In this document: piece by piece, positions 30,401-39,900 of the stretch | How positions within the stretch are numbered: position 1 is the stretch's first letter | Layout: each line of letters starts with the position of its first letter | Assembly (NCBI GenBank): GCA_965222225.1 | Contig: CBDCTK010000002.1 | Location: 672,001-736,000, forward strand | DNA length: 64,000 bases | Direction: 5' to 3' | Origin: Candidatus Poribacteria bacterium | GTDB taxonomy: Bacteria > Poribacteria > WGA-4E > JAJDTR01 | Translations under genes and position numbers: made by a program | The notes under the pieces: generated by a model | Seen by the model: only the letters and a program-made list of their open reading frames with translations | Database searches by the model: none | What the model was told of the DNA's origin: nothing

Positions 30401-30766
30401 ATGAGTTAGGTCATAAATCTGTTCATGGCGTTGAGCAGGTTTACCCGGCTCGCGTTTGACCCATTGCCATATTTGTGTGGTTTTCTCGTGGTCGGTGTGG
30501 ATGATAAGGTGTTCGTGCACAGACTTGGCAACCTCGCGCTCTATCTTGCTTCGTGTCGCGTAATCTGGAATCTCGTTTTCAGGTGGCGACGAATAGTAAA
30601 AGACAACCATGCCTCGTTTTTCGGCACATCCAGTCAAGACGTATTCAACTTCGCCCACTCGTATTGGGAGGGTTTGCGAATAGAGATCCCAACCGAGCTG
30701 ATTGAATAGGGGCGGTAGGTCGAAATTTCTTAATTGTTCGCGAGCGCTCTCGCTGTCAATGTTCAT
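27465..30766 (-). pseudogene. Large Eco57I-like N6-adenine DNA methyltransferase with TRD, frameshifted near 29913
   Basis: 'VPYLNGGIF', 'GAYYT', motif I 'ILDPTCGSGAFL', 'LYGVDI', motif IV 'FDVIIGNPPY'. One extra G in the G4 run (CCCC 29912-29915) restores 'ESIQIPDAAFERLF...INPDVLGFIFEKYINQKQMGAYYT'. Confidence 0.85.
29600..29634 (+). repeat. 35-nt module within a REP-like element, in frame inside the methyltransferase gene
   Basis: AGTCTCTATCGCCCTCGTTATCCGCTCGGTTGATC flanked by TCGCGAGCGGGA and GCTCCTAC, as in the intergenic copy at 38453-38510. Confidence 0.85.
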
Positions 30767-33700
30767 TGCTGTTCTCCGCTCCAGTCACGGCGAGTCCCAT
30801 GGAACAGATGATTTGGGGTTCTCGCGTTTCCCTTTCGCCTTCAACGATACAGAGGCGATCTTCGTCTCGCAGCGTAATCACAAGTTCGGCGAGCATTCGG
30901 TCGTCAATTCCGCTACGGAGTTGGCGATTGAGGGCATCGACCGCGGCTTGGCGCAACGGAAATCGATAGATTTGGTCAATCGATCGCCTCAGTTCAGGGA
31001 TGTCGAATAACGTGTCTCTCACCTCATCGGCATAAGCCTTCAGTCGTTCATAGGTGCGAAAGCGCGCACCGGATGGTCTGCCCAGTGCACCGCCGACGGA
31101 TGACGCCTCGGCTATCATCATCTCGGCTCCACGTTGTACGAGCTGGTGGTGCTCCGGGAGGGGTGAAAGTGCTTCGGTATTTGGTCCGCAGGCGGCGCCG
31201 CGGAGAATTGCCAACTGGGATTCGGTCACGCTAGTTCTGTCTCGGTCCATCCATGCCAAGGCATCGATTCCGTCGCCAGTGCGCATATAGATTAGCACGC
31301 CTTCGGGCGCCGCAACCGTTGGGAGATGCGGTTTGGTAGAGTAAACGACGTCCGGAAGTTTTTCAATCTCGCCCTTAAGGCTCGGATCTTGGGTAATTGC
31401 GTTCTTCCAGATTTGGTAGGCATAGGAAGCAAGATCGACGTCGTCGTCCAGAGGGTCGTCGAGCAAGCCGGAGCGTTCGTTGTAGAGGTCGACGATAACG
31501 GATTCGTCATCATCTTCGAAGAATGCCTCGTCGGTGCCGACGACTTCGGCGTTTTGAAGAAGACGCGCGTGGACGCGGGAACGCAGGAAAATAAGGTGTT
31601 CGACGCCTTCTGCGGGCAGGAAGGAGTAGCAGAGGATTTGCTCGGCTTCTTGACCGATGCGGTCAACCCGTCCGGCGCGTTGCACGAGGCGAATAATTGC
31701 CCAGGGCAGGTCGTAGTTCACGACGACGGCGCAGTCTTGCAGATTCTGGCCTTCGCTCAGGATATCGGTGCTGACGAGAACGCGCAGCTCATCGCTTGAG
31801 GCTATCCGGGCGCGCCTATTGTTACTGACAGGACTGAATCTGTGCACCAGCGCGGTGGGGTTTGGCGAGTCGCCGGTCACCTGCTCAATACGGGACACGC
31901 CCCGCGCCGATAGTTCCGCATTAAGATAGCGGACGGTATCGGCGAATTGAGTGAAAACGAGGACTTTTTCGTCCGAATGGGTTTGGGTCAATAGATTTTC
32001 AAGGGCGTTCAGTTTTTCATCGGCGGCGGCATCCCAGTCGCCGTAGGACTGTAATACTTCGATGAGGCGGTCTGCGTCGGAGGCGAGATCGTCAGAGAGG
32101 GCATCTGCAAAGAGATTCGTTCGTATCCATTTGAACTTAGCGTGGTATCGCATAGTGTAAAGGTAATAGACTTCAGCGGCTCGCGCTCTGAAGTCATCCG
32201 GTGACCTTAGACTAAGTTGCGCCGCCGCAGCTTCTGTTGCCGTGTCGTCGGCATCAAAGGGATTGGCGATGAAGTTAGGGGCATCGACATCTTCGTCGTG
32301 GAGGCGGGCATCGAGCATCTCGGCGTCTTGCGGTCCGATGGGCAGGGGTTCGTCGTTTTCCAGGGCGTAGAGGAAGACATGGTTTCGCAACACGTGGCGT
32401 TCGACGGATTGAATGAACGCCGCCCCGCTGCTTTCCAGGCGCTTGAAGAGATTGGATCGGCAGAAGCCGATGAGGCGCTTCCCAGCGCGGGAGAGGTCTT
32501 CCAACTGCTTAGTCTCGGCACTGGTGGGCGGTTTTGGCGGCGACTCGCTGATGTAGTTCGCCAATCCGTATCGGGGCAGTTTCAGGTTATCAATAATGTC
32601 AACGACAGGTTCAGAATATAGTTGAGCGTATTGGTCATTCGGGTTTTGATCGTCGATTGTAAACTTCACGGTTTTCGGAGTGCGTACCGGAAAATAGGAA
32701 CGGCTGCCGTCCGGGAAGGTAAGGAATCTGCGTCCTGATTCGGGATCTGTTTCGGCGTAGTTATCGGAGATGAAGCTACGGGTGCGGCGGACAAGGAAGA
32801 GGCGCATCAGCTCGCGCCAATCGTCAATGTATTCACTTTGTTCAAAGGCTGGGAGGGTTCGGGGACCGCTTTGGTGTTTGCGAATAAACTCGGTTTCGCC
32901 GCCCAAAGATTTGAAATACCGGTCAGGTCGAATTCCGAGGTCTCTATCCTCCTCTACAAACAGGCGCAACTGGTTGGAGAGATCGACGTAGTTCTTGTTG
33001 TACGGAGTGGCGGAGAGGAGAATGACCTTGCTTTCATTCTGTTGAATGTATTCCTGAATGGCGCGATAGCGTTGACCCTCGCGGTTTCTGAGGTTGTGAC
33101 TTTCATCAATCATCACAAGGCGATAGCGGCGAAGGTCTGGCAACTTATCGGTTACCCGGCTCAATGAAAGGACGATGCCGCGCAAGCCGTAGTCTTGGCG
33201 ATACTCCTCCCACATTTCGACCAGATTCTTGGGGCAGATGATAAGGGTTTCCAAGCCGTAATCGTCCTCAAGGATTCGAGCTAGCGCGGTTCCCATCAGG
33301 GTTTTGCCCAAGCCGACAACGTCGCCGATCATGACTCCGCCACGTTTATTGACGTGGTGGGCGGCGATTTTGACAGCGGCGGTTTGGAATTCGAACAGTT
33401 TTCCCTCAAAAATGCGTGGAATCCGAAACTCATTCAGTCCGGCGCGGGCTTCGCGCGACAGGTGATACGCCATCTTGATGTAGATATGATATGGGGGGAT
33501 ACGTTCTTCACGCGCCCAACTCTCCTCAATTATCTGGGCTAGTTCTTTAGAGATATCTATACACCAGCGTTCGGTCCATCGATCCTCAAACCAGGCTTCC
33601 AACTTTTGGCAGGCGTCTTCGTCTAGGACATCTATGTTGAGTTCTCCTTGCTTGGACAGTCCTGCCAAGGTCAGGTTGCTGCTGCCAAGGTAGCCTACAA

Positions 33701-34160
33701 TGGGATTGATTGCGTCGGAACGGTAAATCAGGTAGAGTTTTGCGTGGAGCGGATGGCTCAGGAAAAGTTTGACTCTAACCTTTTCGTCTCGAAGCTGATG
33801 GGCGAGTTGGCGCAAGCCATCTTCGTCTTCCCGCGTGGGGTAGCCGATGGTTAGCTGTTCGCGAAACTTCTCGGCTAAGTCCCGTTTGAGACGCAACGCG
33901 GTCTGGTTGTCGATGCCATCGTCGTGTTTGCCGATGCGCATGGCTAGACGCAGTTCTTCTTCGGGCAACCGGTGCATTCCGACTAGCAGGCGGCAGCATT
34001 CGGCTTCGCCGCCGCGCCAAGCTTCGATCTGGGGAGCGATTGCCTTCCAGCCACGGAGATTGAGATACCCGACGCAGAAGTCGGCGCGATCGGCGAGTTT
34101 GAGGGTTTCCTTTAGCGCGGGAAGAAGTTGCTGATCTATGTTGTCGAATATTCGAGGCAT
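30756..34160 (-). CDS. PLD-nuclease (NgoFVII-like) / SNF2-type helicase fusion
   Basis: PLD 'LHAKLY...GSSNLT', Walker A 'DVVGLGKT', 'IDESHNLRN', 'LSATP', 'SEGQNLQ', 'QRAGRVDRIGQ'; stop overlaps the MTase start. Confidence 0.9.
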   Translation of the reverse strand: MPRIFDNIDQQLLPALKETLKLADRADFCVGYLNLRGWKAIAPQIEAWRGGEAECCRLLVGMHRLPEEELRLAMRIGKHDDGIDNQTALRLKRDLAEKFREQLTIGYPTREDEDGLRQLAHQLRDEKVRVKLFLSHPLHAKLYLIYRSDAINPIVGYLGSSNLTLAGLSKQGELNIDVLDEDACQKLEAWFEDRWTERWCIDISKELAQIIEESWAREERIPPYHIYIKMAYHLSREARAGLNEFRIPRIFEGKLFEFQTAAVKIAAHHVNKRGGVMIGDVVGLGKTLMGTALARILEDDYGLETLIICPKNLVEMWEEYRQDYGLRGIVLSLSRVTDKLPDLRRYRLVMIDESHNLRNREGQRYRAIQEYIQQNESKVILLSATPYNKNYVDLSNQLRLFVEEDRDLGIRPDRYFKSLGGETEFIRKHQSGPRTLPAFEQSEYIDDWRELMRLFLVRRTRSFISDNYAETDPESGRRFLTFPDGSRSYFPVRTPKTVKFTIDDQNPNDQYAQLYSEPVVDIIDNLKLPRYGLANYISESPPKPPTSAETKQLEDLSRAGKRLIGFCRSNLFKRLESSGAAFIQSVERHVLRNHVFLYALENDEPLPIGPQDAEMLDARLHDEDVDAPNFIANPFDADDTATEAAAAQLSLRSPDDFRARAAEVYYLYTMRYHAKFKWIRTNLFADALSDDLASDADRLIEVLQSYGDWDAAADEKLNALENLLTQTHSDEKVLVFTQFADTVRYLNAELSARGVSRIEQVTGDSPNPTALVHRFSPVSNNRRARIASSDELRVLVSTDILSEGQNLQDCAVVVNYDLPWAIIRLVQRAGRVDRIGQEAEQILCYSFLPAEGVEHLIFLRSRVHARLLQNAEVVGTDEAFFEDDDESVIVDLYNERSGLLDDPLDDDVDLASYAYQIWKNAITQDPSLKGEIEKLPDVVYSTKPHLPTVAAPEGVLIYMRTGDGIDALAWMDRDRTSVTESQLAILRGAACGPNTEALSPLPEHHQLVQRGAEMMIAEASSVGGALGRPSGARFRTYERLKAYADEVRDTLFDIPELRRSIDQIYRFPLRQAAVDALNRQLRSGIDDRMLAELVITLRDEDRLCIVEGERETREPQIICSMGLAVTGAENSNEH

Positions 34161-34345
34161 AGGGCGGTGGGCAGTGGTTAGTGGATGTTAAGTGCGGCAC
34201 TCCGAGTACTGAATCTCGCCCTGGAGTATGCAATGCACCGCGATTGACGGGTTTGATAAAGAGTTCTAGATGCGTCACTCCAGCGGAACAGTTCGTGTCC
34301 GCGTGTGGGATTATTCTGAAGATTGCCTAACGATGGGGCGGTGTA

Positions 34346-35764
34346 TCAGGGCAAGGTTCCCTCATCGTCAATTGACTGAAGTTCAGAATTGCCGTTGGTA
34401 AGACCGAGCCGCACGGAGGCTTCGTCAGGCGACAGTTCCTCGACTGTTTGTAATTGGCGTTCCATTGCCCGCGTGCGAGTTCGTGTCTGATCAATGGTGT
34501 TGGAGGCTGTATTGAGTTGCTGTTTCAGTTTCGCCATAACGTCGCCAAACTTGCCGAACTCTGTCTTTACAGCGGCGAGGATTTCCCAGACCTCGCTTGA
34601 GCGCTTCTGAATTGCGAGGGTTCTGAATCCGATTCGGAGGCCGCTCAAAATAGCGGCAAGCGTTGTAGGTCCGGCAACGACAATTCGGTGCTGATGAAGC
34701 AGATGCGCGGAACTTCCCGGCGCTCGCAGCACCTCGGCGTAGAGTCCTTCAGTGGGGAGGAACATGATAGCAAAATCTGTGGTGTTGGGTGGCGCAATGT
34801 ACTTATCGCAGATATTCTTGGCTTGTCGCTCTACGGCAGCGAGAAAGGTTGCGACCACTCTATCCACTTCGTCTTTGTCAGCCGCCTCCGCGGCCTCAAT
34901 CAACTTTTCGTAATCCTCAAGGGGAAACGAGGAATCGATTGGCAGCCAGACGCAGGAATTGGGCTCATTGTCATTTCCAGGCAGCCTTACGGCATACTCG
35001 ACAAGGTGGTGCGAGCCAGGATCAGGCTGTACGTTGGCGCTGTATTGGTCTGGCGCAAGGATTTCTTCAAGGAGCGCGCCGAGCTGAACTTCGCCCCATG
35101 TGCCTCTAGACTTTACATTAGTGAGGACGCGTTTGAGATCGCCTACCCCGGTAGCGAGTTGCTGCATTTCTCCGAGGCCGCGATGGACTTCTTCGAGACG
35201 CTTGCTTACCTGATTGAACGATTCGCCCAGTCGTTTTTCGAGGGTTGATTGGAGTTTTTCGTCAACGGTTTCACGCATCTGGTCAAGCTTGTCCTCGTTG
35301 CTTGTTTGTATAGCTTGCAGACGCATATCGACGGCACTCCTGACATGTTCCATGCTTGTTTCGTTGGAGTGCATCAAGTCGGTAATTGCTTTGGCACCGC
35401 TGCTAAGCTGGTTAGCGACAGCATCACGTATCTTGTCGAGCCTAGCCTCCGTACTTTGCTGAAGGTCTTGGAATCTCATCCCCACGGCTGATCTCATTCC
35501 TTCAGATTGGGTGGTGAGAAGTTTGCCAAATTCCCCTATGTTTGCTGTCATGGTATTGGTGGTTGACTGATGCGCATTCTGTATATCTTCTCGAATCTCG
35601 CGTTGAGAATTGGATAGTTCCTTGCTGAACGAATGCAAGCCATCTTGACCCGCCGTGCCCTCTAATTTGTTGCGGGAAAACACGATTTGCTTCAACACTA
35701 GGAGCATTAACACAAAATTCAGCGCCAACAGGGCTGCGACACACCATAGTACTATTTCAATCAT
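34346..35764 (-). CDS. rmuC: RmuC-family protein, paralogue 1 (DSKFP motif reads DSSFP)
   Basis: N-terminal TM plus coiled coil, 'LTNVKSRGTWGEVQL', 'TTDFAIMFLPTEGLYAE', 'GPTTLAAIL'. Confidence 0.92.
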   Translation of the reverse strand: MIEIVLWCVAALLALNFVLMLLVLKQIVFSRNKLEGTAGQDGLHSFSKELSNSQREIREDIQNAHQSTTNTMTANIGEFGKLLTTQSEGMRSAVGMRFQDLQQSTEARLDKIRDAVANQLSSGAKAITDLMHSNETSMEHVRSAVDMRLQAIQTSNEDKLDQMRETVDEKLQSTLEKRLGESFNQVSKRLEEVHRGLGEMQQLATGVGDLKRVLTNVKSRGTWGEVQLGALLEEILAPDQYSANVQPDPGSHHLVEYAVRLPGNDNEPNSCVWLPIDSSFPLEDYEKLIEAAEAADKDEVDRVVATFLAAVERQAKNICDKYIAPPNTTDFAIMFLPTEGLYAEVLRAPGSSAHLLHQHRIVVAGPTTLAAILSGLRIGFRTLAIQKRSSEVWEILAAVKTEFGKFGDVMAKLKQQLNTASNTIDQTRTRTRAMERQLQTVEELSPDEASVRLGLTNGNSELQSIDDEGTLP

Positions 35765-35809
35765 TTCTCATTGTCTCCGATCATGGTTTAAGAGTTTGTA
35801 TGAGTAATA

Positions 35810-35826
35810 TAGGACTCACGCAGTTG
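35810..35826 (+). repeat. Solo IS701-like terminal IR relic upstream of rmuC paralogue 1
   Basis: TAGGACTCACGCAGTTG, 15/17 identical to the IR of the IS at 25730; no partner end found. Confidence 0.5.
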
Positions 35827-36302
35827 CCCCTGAAAGCCTTATATTTCAGCGGTTTATCGCCGGGACGCAGATTCCTAGCAGGAGGGGAAATCGGCGATTT
35901 GATGATCGTCGATCTCGATAAATCGGACAACTACAAGCTGGGTAGCGTCACAATTTAGTGTAATCGGCGCCAAATGTACAAAATTACGGGCGAAATCGAC
36001 GGCACATCGAAAAATGTCATGCTCCTGTCATGCACTGAAAACTCGGTGGTAAACTGGCATTGCTCCGATACACCCCATAAAGTTGTATGATAGGATTTTC
36101 CTTGAGTGGCGGGTGATTTCGCCACTCCACACTTCAGTGCAGACCTACCACCGGCTGAGGTTCGTAAGAACTAATGGTTAACGATTCCTTCATGGTCATT
36201 TAAGTGAGGAACGAAACAACAATGGTGGTCCCCTATTAAAGAAAGAGTCGTCGTGGGCTAGTGTAAATCTGTGAGAATCTTCGCTATAGTCTGATGGTTG
36301 AA

Positions 36303-36390
36303 TGGGATTTCTATGAGAATTCTATCGCGCGGGATTTGCTGCCGCACTCGCTATAAGGGATCTCGATCGCACTCACAATAGGATTTACAA
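36303..36390 (+). repeat. Stack of 5'-partial 35-nt modules
   Basis: GGGATTTCTAT / GAATTCTATCGCGC / GGGATTTGCTGCCGCACTCGCTAT / GGGATCTCGATCGCACTCACAAT. Confidence 0.55.
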
Positions 36391-36425
36391 TCACCCTTAC
36401 TGTCCGTTCATGACTGTCTAAACAA

Positions 36426-36455
36426 TGGGGGTAAGTTCACTGGGGGTAAGTTCAC
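36426..36455 (+). repeat. Perfect 15-bp tandem duplication
   Basis: TGGGGGTAAGTTCAC x2. Confidence 0.85.
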
Positions 36456-36684
36456 TTAATCCCATTTGATCGGCTTCAAGGCATAGGAAAGAACGCAATT
36501 ACGAAGGGTATCGTTACAGAAACGAGACGACCATGATGGGTTCGTCTCGCGCATCCTGTAGCAGGGGTTACATCATCAGATTGCGCTGATGATCGGAACT
36601 TCCCGACGCTCGCAGCACGTCGGCGTGGGTGCTTCAGTAGACATCTTTGGCTCTTCAGAGTTAAGTGTGGAAAATGAAATTAGC

Positions 36685-37010
36685 TTAGGGCCTGTTTGAA
36701 TAATCGGTAGCAAAGCCATTTTGGTCAAATGAAGGAAGTTTTCTCATGTTTTTATTCTTGCCCGCTACGTACCTGTAGGATCTCTATCGCAGTCGCTTTT
36801 CGCTCCCTAGATCCCAATTCACTCACTTGATCTCCGCTGGAGTGCAGGACAAACTAACCCTATTTTTGGATCGGTACAGAGGGCAAGTGTGCAACGGTCA
36901 TTGGTCTCGCTTGGCGGTATTTCGTTGAGTGGAACGGTTTGAATAATGAAAGGCAGTCCATTTTTGGTGAGTTGAGTTTGGAGGTGGTGGGCAGTGCCCA
37001 CCCTACAAAT
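36685..37010. mobile_element. MITE copy lacking its right end; module at 36779-36813 plus a 3'-partial copy; ends in a REP-like hairpin
   Basis: TTA-GGGCCTGTTTGAATAATCGGTAGCAAAGCCATTTT matches the 44975 copy; GGTGGGCAGTGCCCACCCTAC near 36986-37006. Confidence 0.65.
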
Positions 37011-37013
37011 GCT

Positions 37014-38324
37014 TTAGTCATCTTCTTGATTTAGCTCAATCGCGGAGATGCCGTCGGTAAGTCCGAGCCGCGCGGTTGCTTCGTCAGGCGGTAGCTGCTC
37101 CACGGTTTGCAATTGACGCTCCATTGCCCGTGTGCGGGTTTGGGTTTGATCAATTGTGTTGGAGGCTGTATTGAGTTGCTTTTTCAATTTCGCCATAACG
37201 TCACCAAATTTGCCGAACTCTGTCTTTACGGCGGCTAGAACTTCCCAGACTTCACTTGACCGCTTCTCGATTGCAAGCGTTCGGAATCCCATGCGAAGGC
37301 TACTCAAAATAGCTGCGAGGGTGGTCGGTCCGGCGACTACAATTCGGTAGAGATGCATGAGATGAACCACTTCGCCCGGCGATCGCAATACTTCTGCGTA
37401 AAGCCCTTCCGTTGGGAGGAACATAACCGCGAAATCTGTCGTTTTTGGGGGAGCGATGTACTTTTCGCTTATGGTCTTGGCTTCATTGTGCACGGTCGCC
37501 AAGAAGGTCCCGGTCGCTTTTTCTATTTCGTCTTTGTCTGCCGCCTCGGCTGCCTGCACGAGCCTTTCGTAATCTGCAAGCGGGAACTTGGAATCGATTG
37601 GCAGCCATACGCAGGAGTTGGGGTCATCGTTATTTCCGGGAAGGCGGATGGCATACTCGACTTCCTCACGAGAATCCTCGTTTACCTGTACATTCAAGCT
37701 GTACTGGTCCGGCGTGAGAATCTCCTCAAGGAGCGCGCCAAGCTGGACTTCTCCCCATGTGCCCCGCGTTTTGACGTTGGTCAATACTCGTTTGAGATCG
37801 CCGACGCCGATTGCAAGTTCCTGCATTTCGCCAAGACCGCGTTGCACCTCTTCAAGACGCTTGCTTACCTGATTGAAGGATTCGCCAAGTCGTTTTTCGA
37901 GTGTTGATTGGAGTTTTTCATCAACCGTTTTGCGCATTTGGTCAAGTTTGTCCTCATTGCTGACCTGCATGGCTTGAAGTCGCTCATCGACCGTGATTCT
38001 GACTTTTTCCATGCGCATCTCGTTGGCTTGGGTCAGGGCGTCTATTGCCTCTGTTCCACTCTTAATTTGGCGCGCCTGCGTTTCTCCGAGTTCTCCGATA
38101 GTCTTTACTAGTGTGTTCGCCGTGGTTACTTGACTGGCTCTAATCTCATTCCTGATTTCTCGGTCCGACCTAACTACGTCGTCACGAAGGGAGCGTAATT
38201 CGTCTTGTACCGCCTGGTCCGCTTTTTCCTTTCGGAGGTCCGTCATTTGTTTGAGCGCTAGAATGATGAGCGCAAGGTTCAACAGCGACAATGCTCCCAC
38301 GCACCATATTCCTATTTGAATCAT
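37014..38324 (-). CDS. rmuC: RmuC-family protein, paralogue 2 (intact PIDSKFP)
   Basis: 'LTNVKTRGTWGEVQL', 'WLPIDSKFP', 'TTDFAVMFLPTEGLYAE'. Confidence 0.93.
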   Translation of the reverse strand: MIQIGIWCVGALSLLNLALIILALKQMTDLRKEKADQAVQDELRSLRDDVVRSDREIRNEIRASQVTTANTLVKTIGELGETQARQIKSGTEAIDALTQANEMRMEKVRITVDERLQAMQVSNEDKLDQMRKTVDEKLQSTLEKRLGESFNQVSKRLEEVQRGLGEMQELAIGVGDLKRVLTNVKTRGTWGEVQLGALLEEILTPDQYSLNVQVNEDSREEVEYAIRLPGNNDDPNSCVWLPIDSKFPLADYERLVQAAEAADKDEIEKATGTFLATVHNEAKTISEKYIAPPKTTDFAVMFLPTEGLYAEVLRSPGEVVHLMHLYRIVVAGPTTLAAILSSLRMGFRTLAIEKRSSEVWEVLAAVKTEFGKFGDVMAKLKKQLNTASNTIDQTQTRTRAMERQLQTVEQLPPDEATARLGLTDGISAIELNQEDD

Positions 38325-38467
38325 TTCTGTTTACCTCCGATTATGATTTGGCGAAAATAGGACTAACATAGTTTGGTTAGTAATCGTGCAATTCACTGCG
38401 CTTGTTTTGTAGCAGCGAACTTTGCTCGTAATTCTAAAACTTTGCCAAGAGGTCGCGATCGGGAGAA

Positions 38468-38502
38468 GATCTCTATCGCACTCGTTATTCACTCGCTTGA
38501 TC
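38468..38502 (+). repeat. 35-nt module within a REP-like element
   Basis: GATCTCTATCGCACTCGTTATTCACTCGCTTGATC between TCGCGATCGGGAGAA and TCCTACAG. Confidence 0.85.
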
Positions 38503-38665
38503 TCCTACAGTAGGACTGTCGTAACGCACTTCGCGTCGGATGGTTGTTCACCTGTCTCTACGTCGCATGTCATGTTGTTACACGCAGAAACGGGCAATAA
38601 ACTGCCCTACCACATGCGAGCAGGTGAGCGCGGCGGGTCCCCTCAAGCGGCCTGCAAGTGGCAAC

Positions 38666-39427
38666 TTACATCATCAGGTCTCCGCCGTTAATATCAATTG
38701 AGGCACCAGTGATGTATTGCGAATCGGTGACGAGAAATAAGACCAGTTGCGCAACTTCCTCCGGGGTTCCAAGCCTAGAGATTGGGAAACTCTCTTCGTA
38801 GCCCTTGATTCGCTCAGGGGTACACTCGGCGCGTACCATCTCCGTGTCAATCAGTCCCGGGCAGACGGCGTTAACCGTAATTCCGAATGGAGCCACCTCC
38901 TTCGCCATCGCCCTCGTAATACCAAGCACTCCGGCTTTCGCGGCGGTGTAGTGTATACCGCCGAGCGTGCTTACACTTCTTCCTGCGGATGAGGACATAT
39001 TGACAATTCTGCCGTATCCTTTCGCTTTCATGGTTTGAAGAACCGCCTTCGAGCAGAGGAATGTGCCATTCAGGTTAACGTCAAGCACTTGATCCCACTC
39101 CGCCTTGGTGACATAATCGATCCGAGTTGGGTATAGGATTCCGGCGTTGTTGACAAGTATGCTCACGGTACCGTAGTTGTCAATCGCATGCTCCACCATA
39201 GAGGCGACTTCATATTCCTTGGTAACGTCGGTTTTTACGGTCATCGCTCTGCCCCCGGAGCTGTTGATTTCCTCGGCGATGCGAGCTGCCTTACCCTCGA
39301 TGATGTCGCTAACGATAACCACGGCGCCTTCATGAGCAAGGCGATTCGCGGTTGCGGCGCCCATTCCTTGGCCTGCTCCGGTTACAATGGCTACTTGATT
39401 GGAAAGTTTTCCTTCCGAGTGTTCCAT
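38666..39427 (-). CDS. SDR family oxidoreductase (FabG-like)
   Basis: 'TGAGQGMG', 'NNAG', 'YTAAK', 'NAVCPG'. Confidence 0.93.
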   Translation of the reverse strand: MEHSEGKLSNQVAIVTGAGQGMGAATANRLAHEGAVVIVSDIIEGKAARIAEEINSSGGRAMTVKTDVTKEYEVASMVEHAIDNYGTVSILVNNAGILYPTRIDYVTKAEWDQVLDVNLNGTFLCSKAVLQTMKAKGYGRIVNMSSSAGRSVSTLGGIHYTAAKAGVLGITRAMAKEVAPFGITVNAVCPGLIDTEMVRAECTPERIKGYEESFPISRLGTPEEVAQLVLFLVTDSQYITGASIDINGGDLMM

Positions 39428-39577
39428 ATTCTAGACTCCTGAATGATTACAGTGTTGCTAGGGAATATTGACATTTGACAATCTGAACCCATCTCCTCTC
39501 CGAGAGTCTTCGCCCTGATGCACGTCGAGGCGATTTGGTATAATCGCAAATAACCGGCGTGTTACGAGACCCTATAT

Positions 39578-39694
39578 CCTACGGGCGAGGATCAATTGAG
39601 CGAACAGCGAATGCGATAGGGATCTTACCTCGCCCTATGGGTTGGGGGGATCCCTATCGCCTTCCTTATCCAGTCAGTTGATTCCAACCCCTAC
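39578..39694. repeat. Two REP-like hairpins, each with a 35-nt module in the loop (39590-39624 minus, 39649-39683 plus)
   Basis: GGGCGAG[module rc]..CTCGCCC and GGGTTGG..[module]CCAACCCCTAC. Confidence 0.8.
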
Positions 39695-39900
39695 GATATA
39701 CAATGCGTCCTCAATCGCGGCAGGGACGGAATTTCCTCGCCCGTACTCCGATGAAATGTCAACAGAGCCTAGAGACTGGTAATTCATTTTAGCAAAAATC
39801 GGGCAGGCATTCAATGTGAAAACAGGAGTCTTTTTTGTGATGATCCTGAGCGAATCGTGCTATAATAGACCGAATTTTTCGGAAGGGAGGAGGACTGGCA

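Noticed and set aside
27465-34160. Assignment as a complete BREX or DISARM system
   Set aside because: No PglZ, BrxC, DrmA or DrmB-like genes are recognisable nearby.
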